Source of the DNA: Christensenellales bacterium
Lineage (GTDB): Bacteria > Bacillota > Clostridia > Christensenellales > SZUA-584
Assembly: GCA_050943225.1 (NCBI GenBank)
Contig: JBMNOT010000002.1
Location: forward strand, 1-35,685
Length of the DNA stretch: 35,685 nt
Direction of reading: 5' to 3'
The position numbers and the translations under genes were made by a program. The notes below the pieces were generated by a model. It saw nothing but the letters and a program-made list of their open reading frames with translations. It was not told the origin of the DNA and ran no database searches. Numbering within the stretch: position 1 is the stretch's first letter; every line of letters begins with the position of its first letter. Positions 29,127-35,685 of this stretch are shown one piece after another.

Positions 29127-29556
29127 CCGTTCCTGCTACGGCTTCGGCCGATTCCTTCTTAATAACCTTGCACTTAATCGGCAGCTTGTGTGCCGCCAGC
29201 CTCAGCGCTTCTTTGGCGACCTCTTCGGAGACGCCCGCGATTTCAAACATCACGCGGCCCGGCTTCACCACAGCCACCCAGTACTCGGGCGAACCCTTGC
29301 CGGAGCCCATCCGGGTTTCAGCCGGTTTCGCCGTCACCGGCTTGTGGGGGAATATCTTAATCCAAACCTGTCCGCCTCTCTTGATGTAACGCGTCATCGC
29401 GATACGGGCAGCCTCGATCTGGTTGCTGGTGATCCAGGACGGTTGCATTGCCACCAAGCCGTATTCGCCGTAAGTGACGGTATTGCCCTTTTGGGCCCGG
29501 CCCTTCAGGCGGCCGCGCTGAACCTTTCTTCTCTTAACCCTTTTTGGCATTAACAT
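29104..29556 (-). CDS. rplP: 50S ribosomal protein L16
   Basis: [21 protein letters not shown]... from the ATG at 29556, 8 nt after GGAGG. Confidence 0.95.
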   Translation of the reverse strand: MLMPKRVKRRKVQRGRLKGRAQKGNTVTYGEYGLVAMQPSWITSNQIEAARIAMTRYIKRGGQVWIKIFPHKPVTAKPAETRMGSGKGSPEYWVAVVKPGRVMFEIAGVSEEVAKEALRLAAHKLPIKCKVIKKESAEAVAGTGGEQGES

Positions 29557-30229
29557 CTCTGCTGCCTCCTTCCGGCGTCTTGTACTTATCCCGAAGCGGG
29601 TTGCCCAAAATCTCGCCCTTGTATATCCAGACCTTGCAGCCGATACGGCCATAAGTCGTGCGCGCTTCCGCAAAACCATAGTCGATGTCCGCACGCAGCG
29701 TCTGCAGCGGGATAGACCCTTCGTGATATTTCTCGCTGCGGGCGATCTCCGCGCCGCCCAGACGGCCGGAGCACATGGTTTTGATACCGAGCGCGCCGCC
29801 CTTCATCGCACGGCTGATGGCCTGTTTCATCGCACGGCGGAAGGAGATGCGGCGTTCCAGCTGGGAAGCGATGTTCTCCGCCACCAGCTGGGCGTCGATA
29901 TCGGGCCGCTTCACCTCAATAATGTTGAGAATGACCATCTTGCCCGTCTGGCGGGACAGCTGGTTTTTTAATATCTCCACACCCTGGCCGCCTTTGCCGA
30001 TCACGATGCCCGGCTTGGCGGTGAATATGTTGACGGTCAGCTTGTTGGCTGCCCTTTCTGTCTCGATCTTGGAGATGCCGGCCGCGTAAAGCTGCTTTTT
30101 GAGCTGCACGCGGATGTCGTGGTCCTCCTTGACATATTTGGCGAAATCACTCTTATTGGCGAACCAGCGCGCGTTCCAATCCTTGATGATGCCGACGCGC
30201 ATTCCATGGGGATTGACTTTCTGACCCAT
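29534..30229 (-). CDS. rpsC: 30S ribosomal protein S3
   Basis: [24 protein letters not shown] from the ATG at 30229, directly after the rplV stop. Confidence 0.95.
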   Translation of the reverse strand: MGQKVNPHGMRVGIIKDWNARWFANKSDFAKYVKEDHDIRVQLKKQLYAAGISKIETERAANKLTVNIFTAKPGIVIGKGGQGVEILKNQLSRQTGKMVILNIIEVKRPDIDAQLVAENIASQLERRISFRRAMKQAISRAMKGGALGIKTMCSGRLGGAEIARSEKYHEGSIPLQTLRADIDYGFAEARTTYGRIGCKVWIYKGEILGNPLRDKYKTPEGGSRDVNAKKG

Positions 30230-30230
30230 A

Positions 30231-30629
30231 TTATGCCTCCTCCTTGACTGCATTGCCGAGTATGATCGTGATGTGGCTGGTCCGCTTGCGGATGCGCGTG
30301 GCGCGGCCCTTAGCCCTTGGCATATAGCGCCTGAGCGTCGGCCCCTGATCCGCATACACCTCCGCGATATACAGGTCGTCGCGCAGCAGGCCCTTGTTGT
30401 TCTCGGCGTTGGCGACGGCGGAGTTTAAAAGCTTCTCCACGATCGGGCTGGCCGCCTTCGGAGTGGCTTTCAGTATCGCCACGGCCTCGTTCACGGATTT
30501 GCCGCGGATGAGGTCAATCACAACCTTCACCTTGCTGGCAGATATCCGGACATATCTGGCTATCGCCCTCGGCCGGTTATCTTTTTTCTCATGTCGCTTT
30601 TCAGCTTTTTCTCTCTGACGAGTTGCCAT
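30231..30629 (-). CDS. rplV: 50S ribosomal protein L22
   Basis: ...[31 protein letters not shown]..., with a basic N-terminal extension of about 20 aa. Confidence 0.94.
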   Translation of the reverse strand: MATRQREKAEKRHEKKDNRPRAIARYVRISASKVKVVIDLIRGKSVNEAVAILKATPKAASPIVEKLLNSAVANAENNKGLLRDDLYIAEVYADQGPTLRRYMPRAKGRATRIRKRTSHITIILGNAVKEEA

Positions 30630-30650
30630 TTATTCCTTTCCTCCCTGGCG

Positions 30651-30929
30651 TTATCTGGAGCCGGACTTTTTATCGCCCGCATGGCCGCGGAATGTTCTCG
30701 TCGGCGCAAACTCACCCAGCTTATGTCCTACCATATCTTCGGTCAAATATACCGGTACAAACTTGCGTCCATCATGCACAGCTATGGTGTGGCCCACCAT
30801 GTCCGGGAATATCGTGGAAGCCCTGGACCAGGTCTTCAGCACTTTCTTCTCGTTTCTCTCGTTCATTTCCCGGATCTTTTTCAGCAGCTTCTCAGATACA
30901 TAAGGCCCTTTTTTAACCGATCTGCTCAT
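30651..30929 (-). CDS. rpsS: 30S ribosomal protein S19
   Basis: [19 protein letters not shown]...[32 protein letters not shown]. Confidence 0.97.
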   Translation of the reverse strand: MSRSVKKGPYVSEKLLKKIREMNERNEKKVLKTWSRASTIFPDMVGHTIAVHDGRKFVPVYLTEDMVGHKLGEFAPTRTFRGHAGDKKSGSR

Positions 30930-30963
30930 ATTCCATCTTCTCCTTAAACGATTTGCCGACCTG

Positions 30964-31794
30964 CTACTGGTTCCGGCGACGAACGATATACTTGTCGGAC
31001 GCGTTCTTCGTCTTCCTCGTCTTGTAACCGAGCGCCGGCTTGCCCCACGGCGTCAGCGGACCAGGACGGCCGATCGGCGATTTGCCTTCGCCGCCGCCGT
31101 GCGGATGATCCACCGGGTTCATGACGGAACCGCGGACCGCCGGGCGGAATCCCATATGGCGCTTGCGGCCAGCTTTACCGATATTGATGTTCTCCTGTTC
31201 GATATTGCCCACCTGGCCGATGGTCGCCTTATTTCTCAGCAGCACCATGCGCACCTCGCCGGAAGGCAGGCGCACCTGCGCGTATTTGCCTTCCTTGGCC
31301 ATCAGCTGAGCTGCGCCGCCTGCGCTGCGCACCAGCTGGCCACCCTTGCCCGGGTGCAGCTCAATGTTGTGAATCATCGTGCCCACCGGAATATCCTTAA
31401 TATAAAGCGCATTGCCCGGCTTGATGTCGGCGCCTTCGCCCGACACGACGGTATCGCCCACTTTCAGGCCCAGCGGCGCTATGATATAGCGCTTCTCGCC
31501 GTCCGCGTAGTGCAGCAACGCGATGTGCGCCGTGCGGTTCGGGTCGTACTCAATCGTCGCAACCTTGGCCGGCACGCCGTCCTTGTCGCGCTTGAAATCG
31601 ATGATGCGGTATTTTCTCTTCACGCCGCCGCCCCTGTGGCGCACGGTGATGCGGCCCTGGACGTTACGCCCGGCCATTTTCTTAATGGGCTCCAGCAGCG
31701 ACTTTTCCGGAACAGTGCAGGTGATTTCCTCAAATGTGGAAACCGTCATGCCGCGGCGGCCCGGTGATGTCGGTTTATATTTCTTGATCGCCAT
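30964..31794 (-). CDS. rplB: 50S ribosomal protein L2
   Basis: [18 protein letters not shown]...[13 protein letters not shown]. Confidence 0.97.
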   Translation of the reverse strand: MAIKKYKPTSPGRRGMTVSTFEEITCTVPEKSLLEPIKKMAGRNVQGRITVRHRGGGVKRKYRIIDFKRDKDGVPAKVATIEYDPNRTAHIALLHYADGEKRYIIAPLGLKVGDTVVSGEGADIKPGNALYIKDIPVGTMIHNIELHPGKGGQLVRSAGGAAQLMAKEGKYAQVRLPSGEVRMVLLRNKATIGQVGNIEQENINIGKAGRKRHMGFRPAVRGSVMNPVDHPHGGGEGKSPIGRPGPLTPWGKPALGYKTRKTKNASDKYIVRRRNQ

Positions 31795-31807
31795 GGTGTA
31801 TCCTCCC

Positions 31808-32101
31808 TTACTGCGCCAGTGAATCGAAGAACTCGATGGTCTTGGAATCCTTGGTCAGCGTCACGAAAGCCTTCTTGGTTTCAGGCGTCCGGCCGACAAA
31901 ACGTCCCTGGCGCTTTAATTTTCCCTGCTGGCGCAGCGTATTGACGCTTTTTACCTTCACGCCGAACACTTCCTCCACCGCCTTGCGGATCTGGTACTTG
32001 TTGGCGCGCACATCCACCAGGAATGTGTATTTCTTGTTGGCGATGTCGTCATAGCTGCTTTCCGTCAACACCGGCTTTTTGATAATATCTCTCGCATCCA
32101 T
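31808..32101 (-). CDS. rplW: 50S ribosomal protein L23
   Basis: ...[44 protein letters not shown]. Confidence 0.96.
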   Translation of the reverse strand: MDARDIIKKPVLTESSYDDIANKKYTFLVDVRANKYQIRKAVEEVFGVKVKSVNTLRQQGKLKRQGRFVGRTPETKKAFVTLTKDSKTIEFFDSLAQ

Positions 32102-32724
32102 CAGACAAAAACCTCCTCGACCTTCTTGACGGCATCCGCCGTGATGACCAGCTTGTCGTAATTGATAAGGTCATACACGTTGACGCAGTCCGCCGCCAGC
32201 GTTTTCACGTTCGGGATGTTGCCCGACGCACGCACTACGTTCGCGCTGTCTTCGCCGTAGGTGACGACCAGCGCTTTCTTTACATCGAACTTTTTGAGCA
32301 CGCCCGCCATCAGCTTGGTCTTGGGCGCTTCCAGCTTAAGATTCTCCAGCACGATGATGTCGCCGTCGCTGACCTTCATGGAAAGCGCGCTGCGAATCGC
32401 GAGCTGGCGGAGCTTCTTGTTGACCTTCTGAGTATAGTCGCGCGGCTTCACGGCGAATACCATGCCGCCTTTCGTCCACAGCGGCGAACTGGAAGAACCC
32501 GCCCTCGCGCGGCCGGTACCCTTCTGTCGCCACGGCTTGATGCCGCCGCCGCGCACTTCCGCGCGCGTCAGGGCGCTGTGCGTGCCCTGACGCCGTGCAG
32601 CCAGCTGCGCCACCACAACCTGGTGCATGGCCGCTTCATTCACTTCCGCGCCGAATACCGCGTCGGAGAGTTCAATCTGGCCGGCCTCAGTGCCGTCCAT
32701 CTTATATAATGATACCTTGGGCAT
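32101..32724 (-). CDS. rplD: 50S ribosomal protein L4
   Basis: MPKVSLYKMDGTEAGQIELSDAVFG...PWRQKGTGRAR from the ATG at 32724. Confidence 0.95.
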   Translation of the reverse strand: MPKVSLYKMDGTEAGQIELSDAVFGAEVNEAAMHQVVVAQLAARRQGTHSALTRAEVRGGGIKPWRQKGTGRARAGSSSSPLWTKGGMVFAVKPRDYTQKVNKKLRQLAIRSALSMKVSDGDIIVLENLKLEAPKTKLMAGVLKKFDVKKALVVTYGEDSANVVRASGNIPNVKTLAADCVNVYDLINYDKLVITADAVKKVEEVFV

Positions 32725-32743
32725 TCGTTTCACTTCCTTTTCC

Positions 32744-33382
32744 TTAGCTCTGTTTGACAGCCTTGATAGCCTGGCGGATCGAGAGTAGGCCGCCCTTGGC
32801 ACCGGGGACAGCGCCTTTTACAATCAGCACGTTCTTGTCCACATCCACGCCGACCACTTCGAGGTTCTGCACAGTCACAGTCTCATTGCCCATGTGGCCC
32901 GGCAGCTTCTTGCCCTTGATAACGCGGCCCGGGTCTGCACAGGCGCCGATGCTGCCCGGCTTGCGGTGGTTGCGCGAACCGTGAGTCATGGGGCCCCTGC
33001 GGCCGCCGTGGCGCTTGATGATACCCTGAAAGCCCTTGCCTTTGGATGTGCCCTGGATATCCACAAGGTCGCCCTTTTCGAACACATCCACTTTGATCTC
33101 CTGGCCCAGCGCGTAATCATCGGTGTTGTCCGCATGATACTCCCGCAGGTTGCGCTTAAACGGCACGCCCGTCTTTTTGAAGTGGCCCTTCATCGGCTTT
33201 GTAACCAGCTTCTCGCGGATATCTTCAAACCCCAGCTGGATGGCGTTGTAGCCGTCCGTCTGGATGGTCTTTTTCTGCGTCACCACACATGGGCCCACTT
33301 TGACGACCGTCACCGGAATGACGGTGCCGTCTTCCAGAAAGAACTGCGTCATGCCCAGCTTTCTGCCCAATATCGCTTTCAT
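32744..33382 (-). CDS. rplC: 50S ribosomal protein L3
   Basis: [27 protein letters not shown]. Confidence 0.97.
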   Translation of the reverse strand: MKAILGRKLGMTQFFLEDGTVIPVTVVKVGPCVVTQKKTIQTDGYNAIQLGFEDIREKLVTKPMKGHFKKTGVPFKRNLREYHADNTDDYALGQEIKVDVFEKGDLVDIQGTSKGKGFQGIIKRHGGRRGPMTHGSRNHRKPGSIGACADPGRVIKGKKLPGHMGNETVTVQNLEVVGVDVDKNVLIVKGAVPGAKGGLLSIRQAIKAVKQS

Positions 33383-33396
33383 CCGTCTTCCCTCCC

Positions 33397-33705
33397 CTAG
33401 AGCTTAATTTCTATGTCCACGCCGGAAGGCAGATCCAGCCTCATCAGAGCATCCGTCGTCTTTGATGTAGCTTCCAGAATGTCGATCAGCCTCTTGTGCG
33501 TCTTGATCTCGAACTGTTCGCGAGAATCCTTATACTTATGCGGCGCGCGCAGTATGGTGACAACTTCCTTCTGCGTGGGCAGCGGGATGGGGCCCGATAC
33601 CTTTGCGCCGGTACGCTTGGCGGTTTCCACGATTTTGCTGGCCGACTGGTCGATCAGGTTATAATCGTACGCCTTCAATTTGATCCGAATCTTTTGGCTA
33701 GCCAT
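33397..33705 (-). CDS. rpsJ: 30S ribosomal protein S10
   Basis: [34 protein letters not shown] from the ATG at 33705, after AAGGAGGG. Confidence 0.96.
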   Translation of the reverse strand: MASQKIRIKLKAYDYNLIDQSASKIVETAKRTGAKVSGPIPLPTQKEVVTILRAPHKYKDSREQFEIKTHKRLIDILEATSKTTDALMRLDLPSGVDIEIKL

Positions 33706-33912
33706 TTTTTTGCCCTCCTTACGCTTGCGCCCCACATACACTCAGCCGTGTGTATCATATTTTTTTCCCGCGGCACAATTCCCTGTGCCGCTTGTGGAGC
33801 GTTGTCCGATCGTGCGGACTATACTTCTGCGAAAGTTACCCGGATGCGATTTTATCCGGCAACCTCCCGCAGAAACCCATCAAAATGCTACGCAAAATAG
33901 CGCAACGTGAGA

Positions 33913-33941
33913 ATTATATAATAAGTGTTTTCCAAAAGCAA
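33913..33941 (-). promoter_or_regulatory. Candidate S10-operon promoter (TTGCTT-17-TATAAT) with upstream A-tracts
   Basis: The minus-sense sequence is AAAAAATCAGAAAAAAACTC TTGCTT TTGGAAAACACTTATTA TATAAT. It implies a leader of about 200 nt before rpsJ. Confidence 0.45.
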
Positions 33942-34118
33942 GAGTTTTTTTCTGATTTTTTTCATGATTTTTTCGCGATACGGACAATCCATTCAGCCGC
34001 TTTTTGCCCGCCCGCAAAAATGTGCATCATAAAGTTTTTTATATATGCGGATAAGATGTGATATAGTATATTATATATAGTAGAAAACAACAATAATAAA
34101 TTTAAAGGGGGAGAGCGC

Positions 34119-34622
34119 ATGGTGCTCTTTGAGACCATCAACATCGTTTCGGTCGTGCTGTTTGCCGTGGGCATGGTGTTGCTTTTGATCGAGCTGTTCG
34201 TCCCCGGCTTTGGCATATTCGGCGGCCTCGGTCTGGTGGCGCTGGTTTTGTGCATCGTGTTTCAGGCCCAGTCGCTGCTGGAAGCGCTCATCCTCCTGGT
34301 TGCCTTCAGCGCTATTGTGGTAGCGCTTGCGCTCATCGCCGGGCGAAGTTTAAAACGCGGCCGGCTGTACCGCTCACCGCTGGTGCTTAAAGAGACGGCA
34401 GACAAAGAAGAAGGCTACATGTCCAGCGGCAACTATTCCCACCTCGTCGGCGAAACCGGCATCAGCCTCACGCCGCTGCGGCCAGCCGGCGTGGCCGAAC
34501 TGGGCGGACACAAGCACGACGTCGTCACTGAAGGCGAGTTCATCCCGGCCCGCTCCCGCGTTAAGGTAGACCGCGTGGTGGGCAGCCGCATTATCGTCAG
34601 ACAGCTGGAGGATACCAAGTGA
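34119..34622 (+). CDS. nfeD: NfeD-family membrane protein (short form, OB-fold C-terminus)
   Basis: 167 aa. GGGGGAGAG precedes the ATG. It has N-terminal TM helices and the C-terminus GISLTPLRPAGVAELGGHKHDVVTEGEFIPARSRVKVDRVVGSRIIV. Confidence 0.85.
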   Translation: MVLFETINIVSVVLFAVGMVLLLIELFVPGFGIFGGLGLVALVLCIVFQAQSLLEALILLVAFSAIVVALALIAGRSLKRGRLYRSPLVLKETADKEEGYMSSGNYSHLVGETGISLTPLRPAGVAELGGHKHDVVTEGEFIPARSRVKVDRVVGSRIIVRQLEDTK

Positions 34623-34825
34623 AATACTGTCCCGTCTGCCACATCGAATACGCGGATACTGCGGAGTTCTGCAAAAAATGCGAGGCATACCTGCTGGAAA
34701 AAGAACAGACGTCCAAAAACGTCAAAACAGACTACCGGCGGCTGCTTATAACCTGCCTGTTCACCGGCGGTTTTATACTCTTCGTCATGCTGCTCTACTT
34801 TTTGATCTCTCTGTTTGCCCGCTGA
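34619..34825 (+). CDS. 68-aa zinc-ribbon + single-TM protein
   Basis: The GTG start overlaps the nfeD stop (GTGA) and lies 7 nt after GGAGGA. MKYCPVCHIEYADTAEFCKKCEAYLL has Cys at positions 4, 7, 18 and 21. The C-terminal TM segment is LLITCLFTGGFILFVMLLYFLISLF. Confidence 0.65.
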   Translation: MKYCPVCHIEYADTAEFCKKCEAYLLEKEQTSKNVKTDYRRLLITCLFTGGFILFVMLLYFLISLFAR

Positions 34826-34894
34826 TTAAGCCCACGTGTAAAGCGCGCCGCAGGTGCGTATTATAAATATTATCATACAACGGAGGAAAATATC

Positions 34895-35685
34895 ATGGGC
34901 ATAGACGTTGTGCTGCTTATTGTCATCCTCGTCGCCGCGTTCATACTCATTGTACTGTTCTTCAGCTTCGTGCCAGTACGCCTGTGGATTGCGGTGCGTG
35001 CGTCGGGCGTCAGGCTCGGAATCATCTCGCTTATCGGCATGCGCCTGCGCAAAATACCCCCGGCGTTCATCGTCAACCCGCTCATCAAAGCCGTCAAGGC
35101 GGGCATTGAGATGACCACCAACATGCTGGAGCAGCACCACCTCGCGGGCGGCAACGTGGACCGCGTGGTGGACGCGCTGATCGCCGCGCAGAAAGCAGAC
35201 ATTCCGCTCGATTTCAAGCGCGCCACCGCCATCGACCTCGCGGGGCGCGACGTGCTGACCGCAGTCAAGATGAGCGTTAACCCCAAGGTGATCGAAACGC
35301 CCATCGTCGCGGCCATCGCCAAAGACGGCATCGAGCTGAAAGCCAAGGCGCGCGTCACCGTGCGCACCAATATCGACCGGCTGGTGGGCGGAGCAGGCGA
35401 AGAGACGGTCATCGCGCGCGTGGGCGAAGGCATCGTCACCACCGTAGGCTCCGCCCAGACGCATAAAGAAGTGCTGGAAAACCCCGACCTTATCTCCAAG
35501 ACGGTGCTGGCCAAAGGCCTGGACGCGGGCACGGCATTTGAGATACTGTCCATCGACATCGCGGACGTGGACGTCGGCCGCAACGTCGGCGCCCAGCTGC
35601 AGATCGACCAGGCGCTGGCTGACAAGAAAATAGCCCAGGCCAAGGCGGAAGAACGCCGCGCCATGGCTGTCGCGCTGGAGCAGGA
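34895..35685 (+). CDS. floA: Flotillin-like protein FloA (YqfA/UPF0365), 3' end beyond the window; not in the ORF track
   Basis: GGAGG lies 7 nt before the ATG. Hand translation gives [55 protein letters not shown]...[19 protein letters not shown]...[10 protein letters not shown]...VNPKVIETP...[18 protein letters not shown]...[17 protein letters not shown]...[17 protein letters not shown]. This is near-collinear with my recollection of B. subtilis FloA. The reading frame stays open to the window end. Confidence 0.9.
   Translation, partial: MGIDVVLLIVILVAAFILIVLFFSFVPVRLWIAVRASGVRLGIISLIGMRLRKIPPAFIVNPLIKAVKAGIEMTTNMLEQHHLAGGNVDRVVDALIAAQKADIPLDFKRATAIDLAGRDVLTAVKMSVNPKVIETPIVAAIAKDGIELKAKARVTVRTNIDRLVGGAGEETVIARVGEGIVTTVGSAQTHKEVLENPDLISKTVLAKGLDAGTAFEILSIDIADVDVGRNVGAQLQIDQALADKKIAQAKAEERRAMAVALEQ

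Noticed and set aside
29556-29694. Long N-terminal extensions given by the ORF track for rplP, rpsC (to 30355), rplD (to 32802), rplF (to 26759), rpsJ (to 33741), rplQ (to 18686), rplE, truA, ecfA1, ecfA2, ecfT, the M23 gene and the EIIC-like gene.
   Set aside because: In each case a canonical conserved N-terminus begins at an internal ATG with a properly spaced GGAGG-type SD. The upstream extension overlaps the preceding gene or is Arg-rich junk.
33750-34061. A 103-aa plus-strand ORF, and a 97-aa minus-strand ORF at 33962-34255, in the AT-rich rpsJ/nfeD divergent spacer.
   Set aside because: Neither has an SD. Both are Phe/Ile/Lys-rich as expected from AT-rich non-coding DNA, and they overlap the predicted promoters and leader. 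I saw no recognisable motif.
34826-34894. A sigma-W type promoter (TGAAAC-N16-CGTA) in front of floA, by analogy with the B. subtilis yqeZ-yqfA operon. Also a sigma-F type -10 (GGAAAGAT at 7397-7404) ahead of the SpoIIQ-like gene.
   Set aside because: A CGTA is present before floA, but the best upstream match is TGTAAA at the wrong spacing. The sigma-F-like -10 has no GCATR -35 at 14-15 nt. Neither meets a two-element match.
34826-35664. Two minus-strand ORFs (212 and 263 aa), the only track ORFs covering the right end of the window.
   Set aside because: The plus strand here encodes a near-textbook FloA with an SD and ATG at 34895. The minus-strand products are low-complexity Ala/Ser/Arg/Asp strings.

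Overview
This is a high-GC Firmicutes/Clostridia-type chromosomal segment made up almost entirely of core housekeeping genes. The lineage call is inferred from gene content and order only.

The minus strand from 33705 down to 13875 is one nearly gap-free array of about 20 kb:
- The S10-spc-alpha ribosomal supercluster: rpsJ-rplC-rplD-rplW-rplB-rpsS-rplV-rpsC-rplP-rpmC-rpsQ-rplN-rplX-rplE-rpsZ-rpsH-rplF-rplR-rpsE-rpmD-rplO-secY-adk-map-KOW-infA-rpmJ-rpsM-rpsK-rpsD-rpoA-rplQ.
- Then ecfA1-ecfA2-ecfT-truA and a translationally coupled DUF218 gene. This is the B. subtilis order, except that rplM-rpsI do not follow truA.

Further along the minus strand are argS, an orphan EIIC-like permease, serS and a zinc-ribbon/acidic/transmembrane protein.

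The plus strand carries an L,D-transpeptidase and a murA-spoIID-M23 (SpoIIQ-like) cell-wall/sporulation block.

The left end has an IS5-family transposase relic, a HAD phosphatase, and a YtrA-type GntR + ABC-2 transporter operon. The ATPase of that operon has an amber codon at codon 7.

The right end has nfeD, a 68-aa zinc-ribbon membrane ORF, and floA, which runs off the window.

Three real genes absent from the ORF track were recovered by hand translation: rpmJ, rpmD and floA. Many track ORFs carry spurious N-terminal extensions or are antisense artefacts of GC-rich coding sequence.

I found no rRNA, tRNA, CRISPR array, intact mobile element, or recognisable defence or toxin system. I do not see a convincing novel multi-gene system. 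The best leads are modest:
- the nonsense-interrupted, palindrome-controlled YtrA/ABC operon
- two zinc-ribbon membrane proteins with the same Cys spacing, one wedged between nfeD and floA
- a Cys4 knuckle pair in uL24
- an expanded bL17
- the IS5 relic
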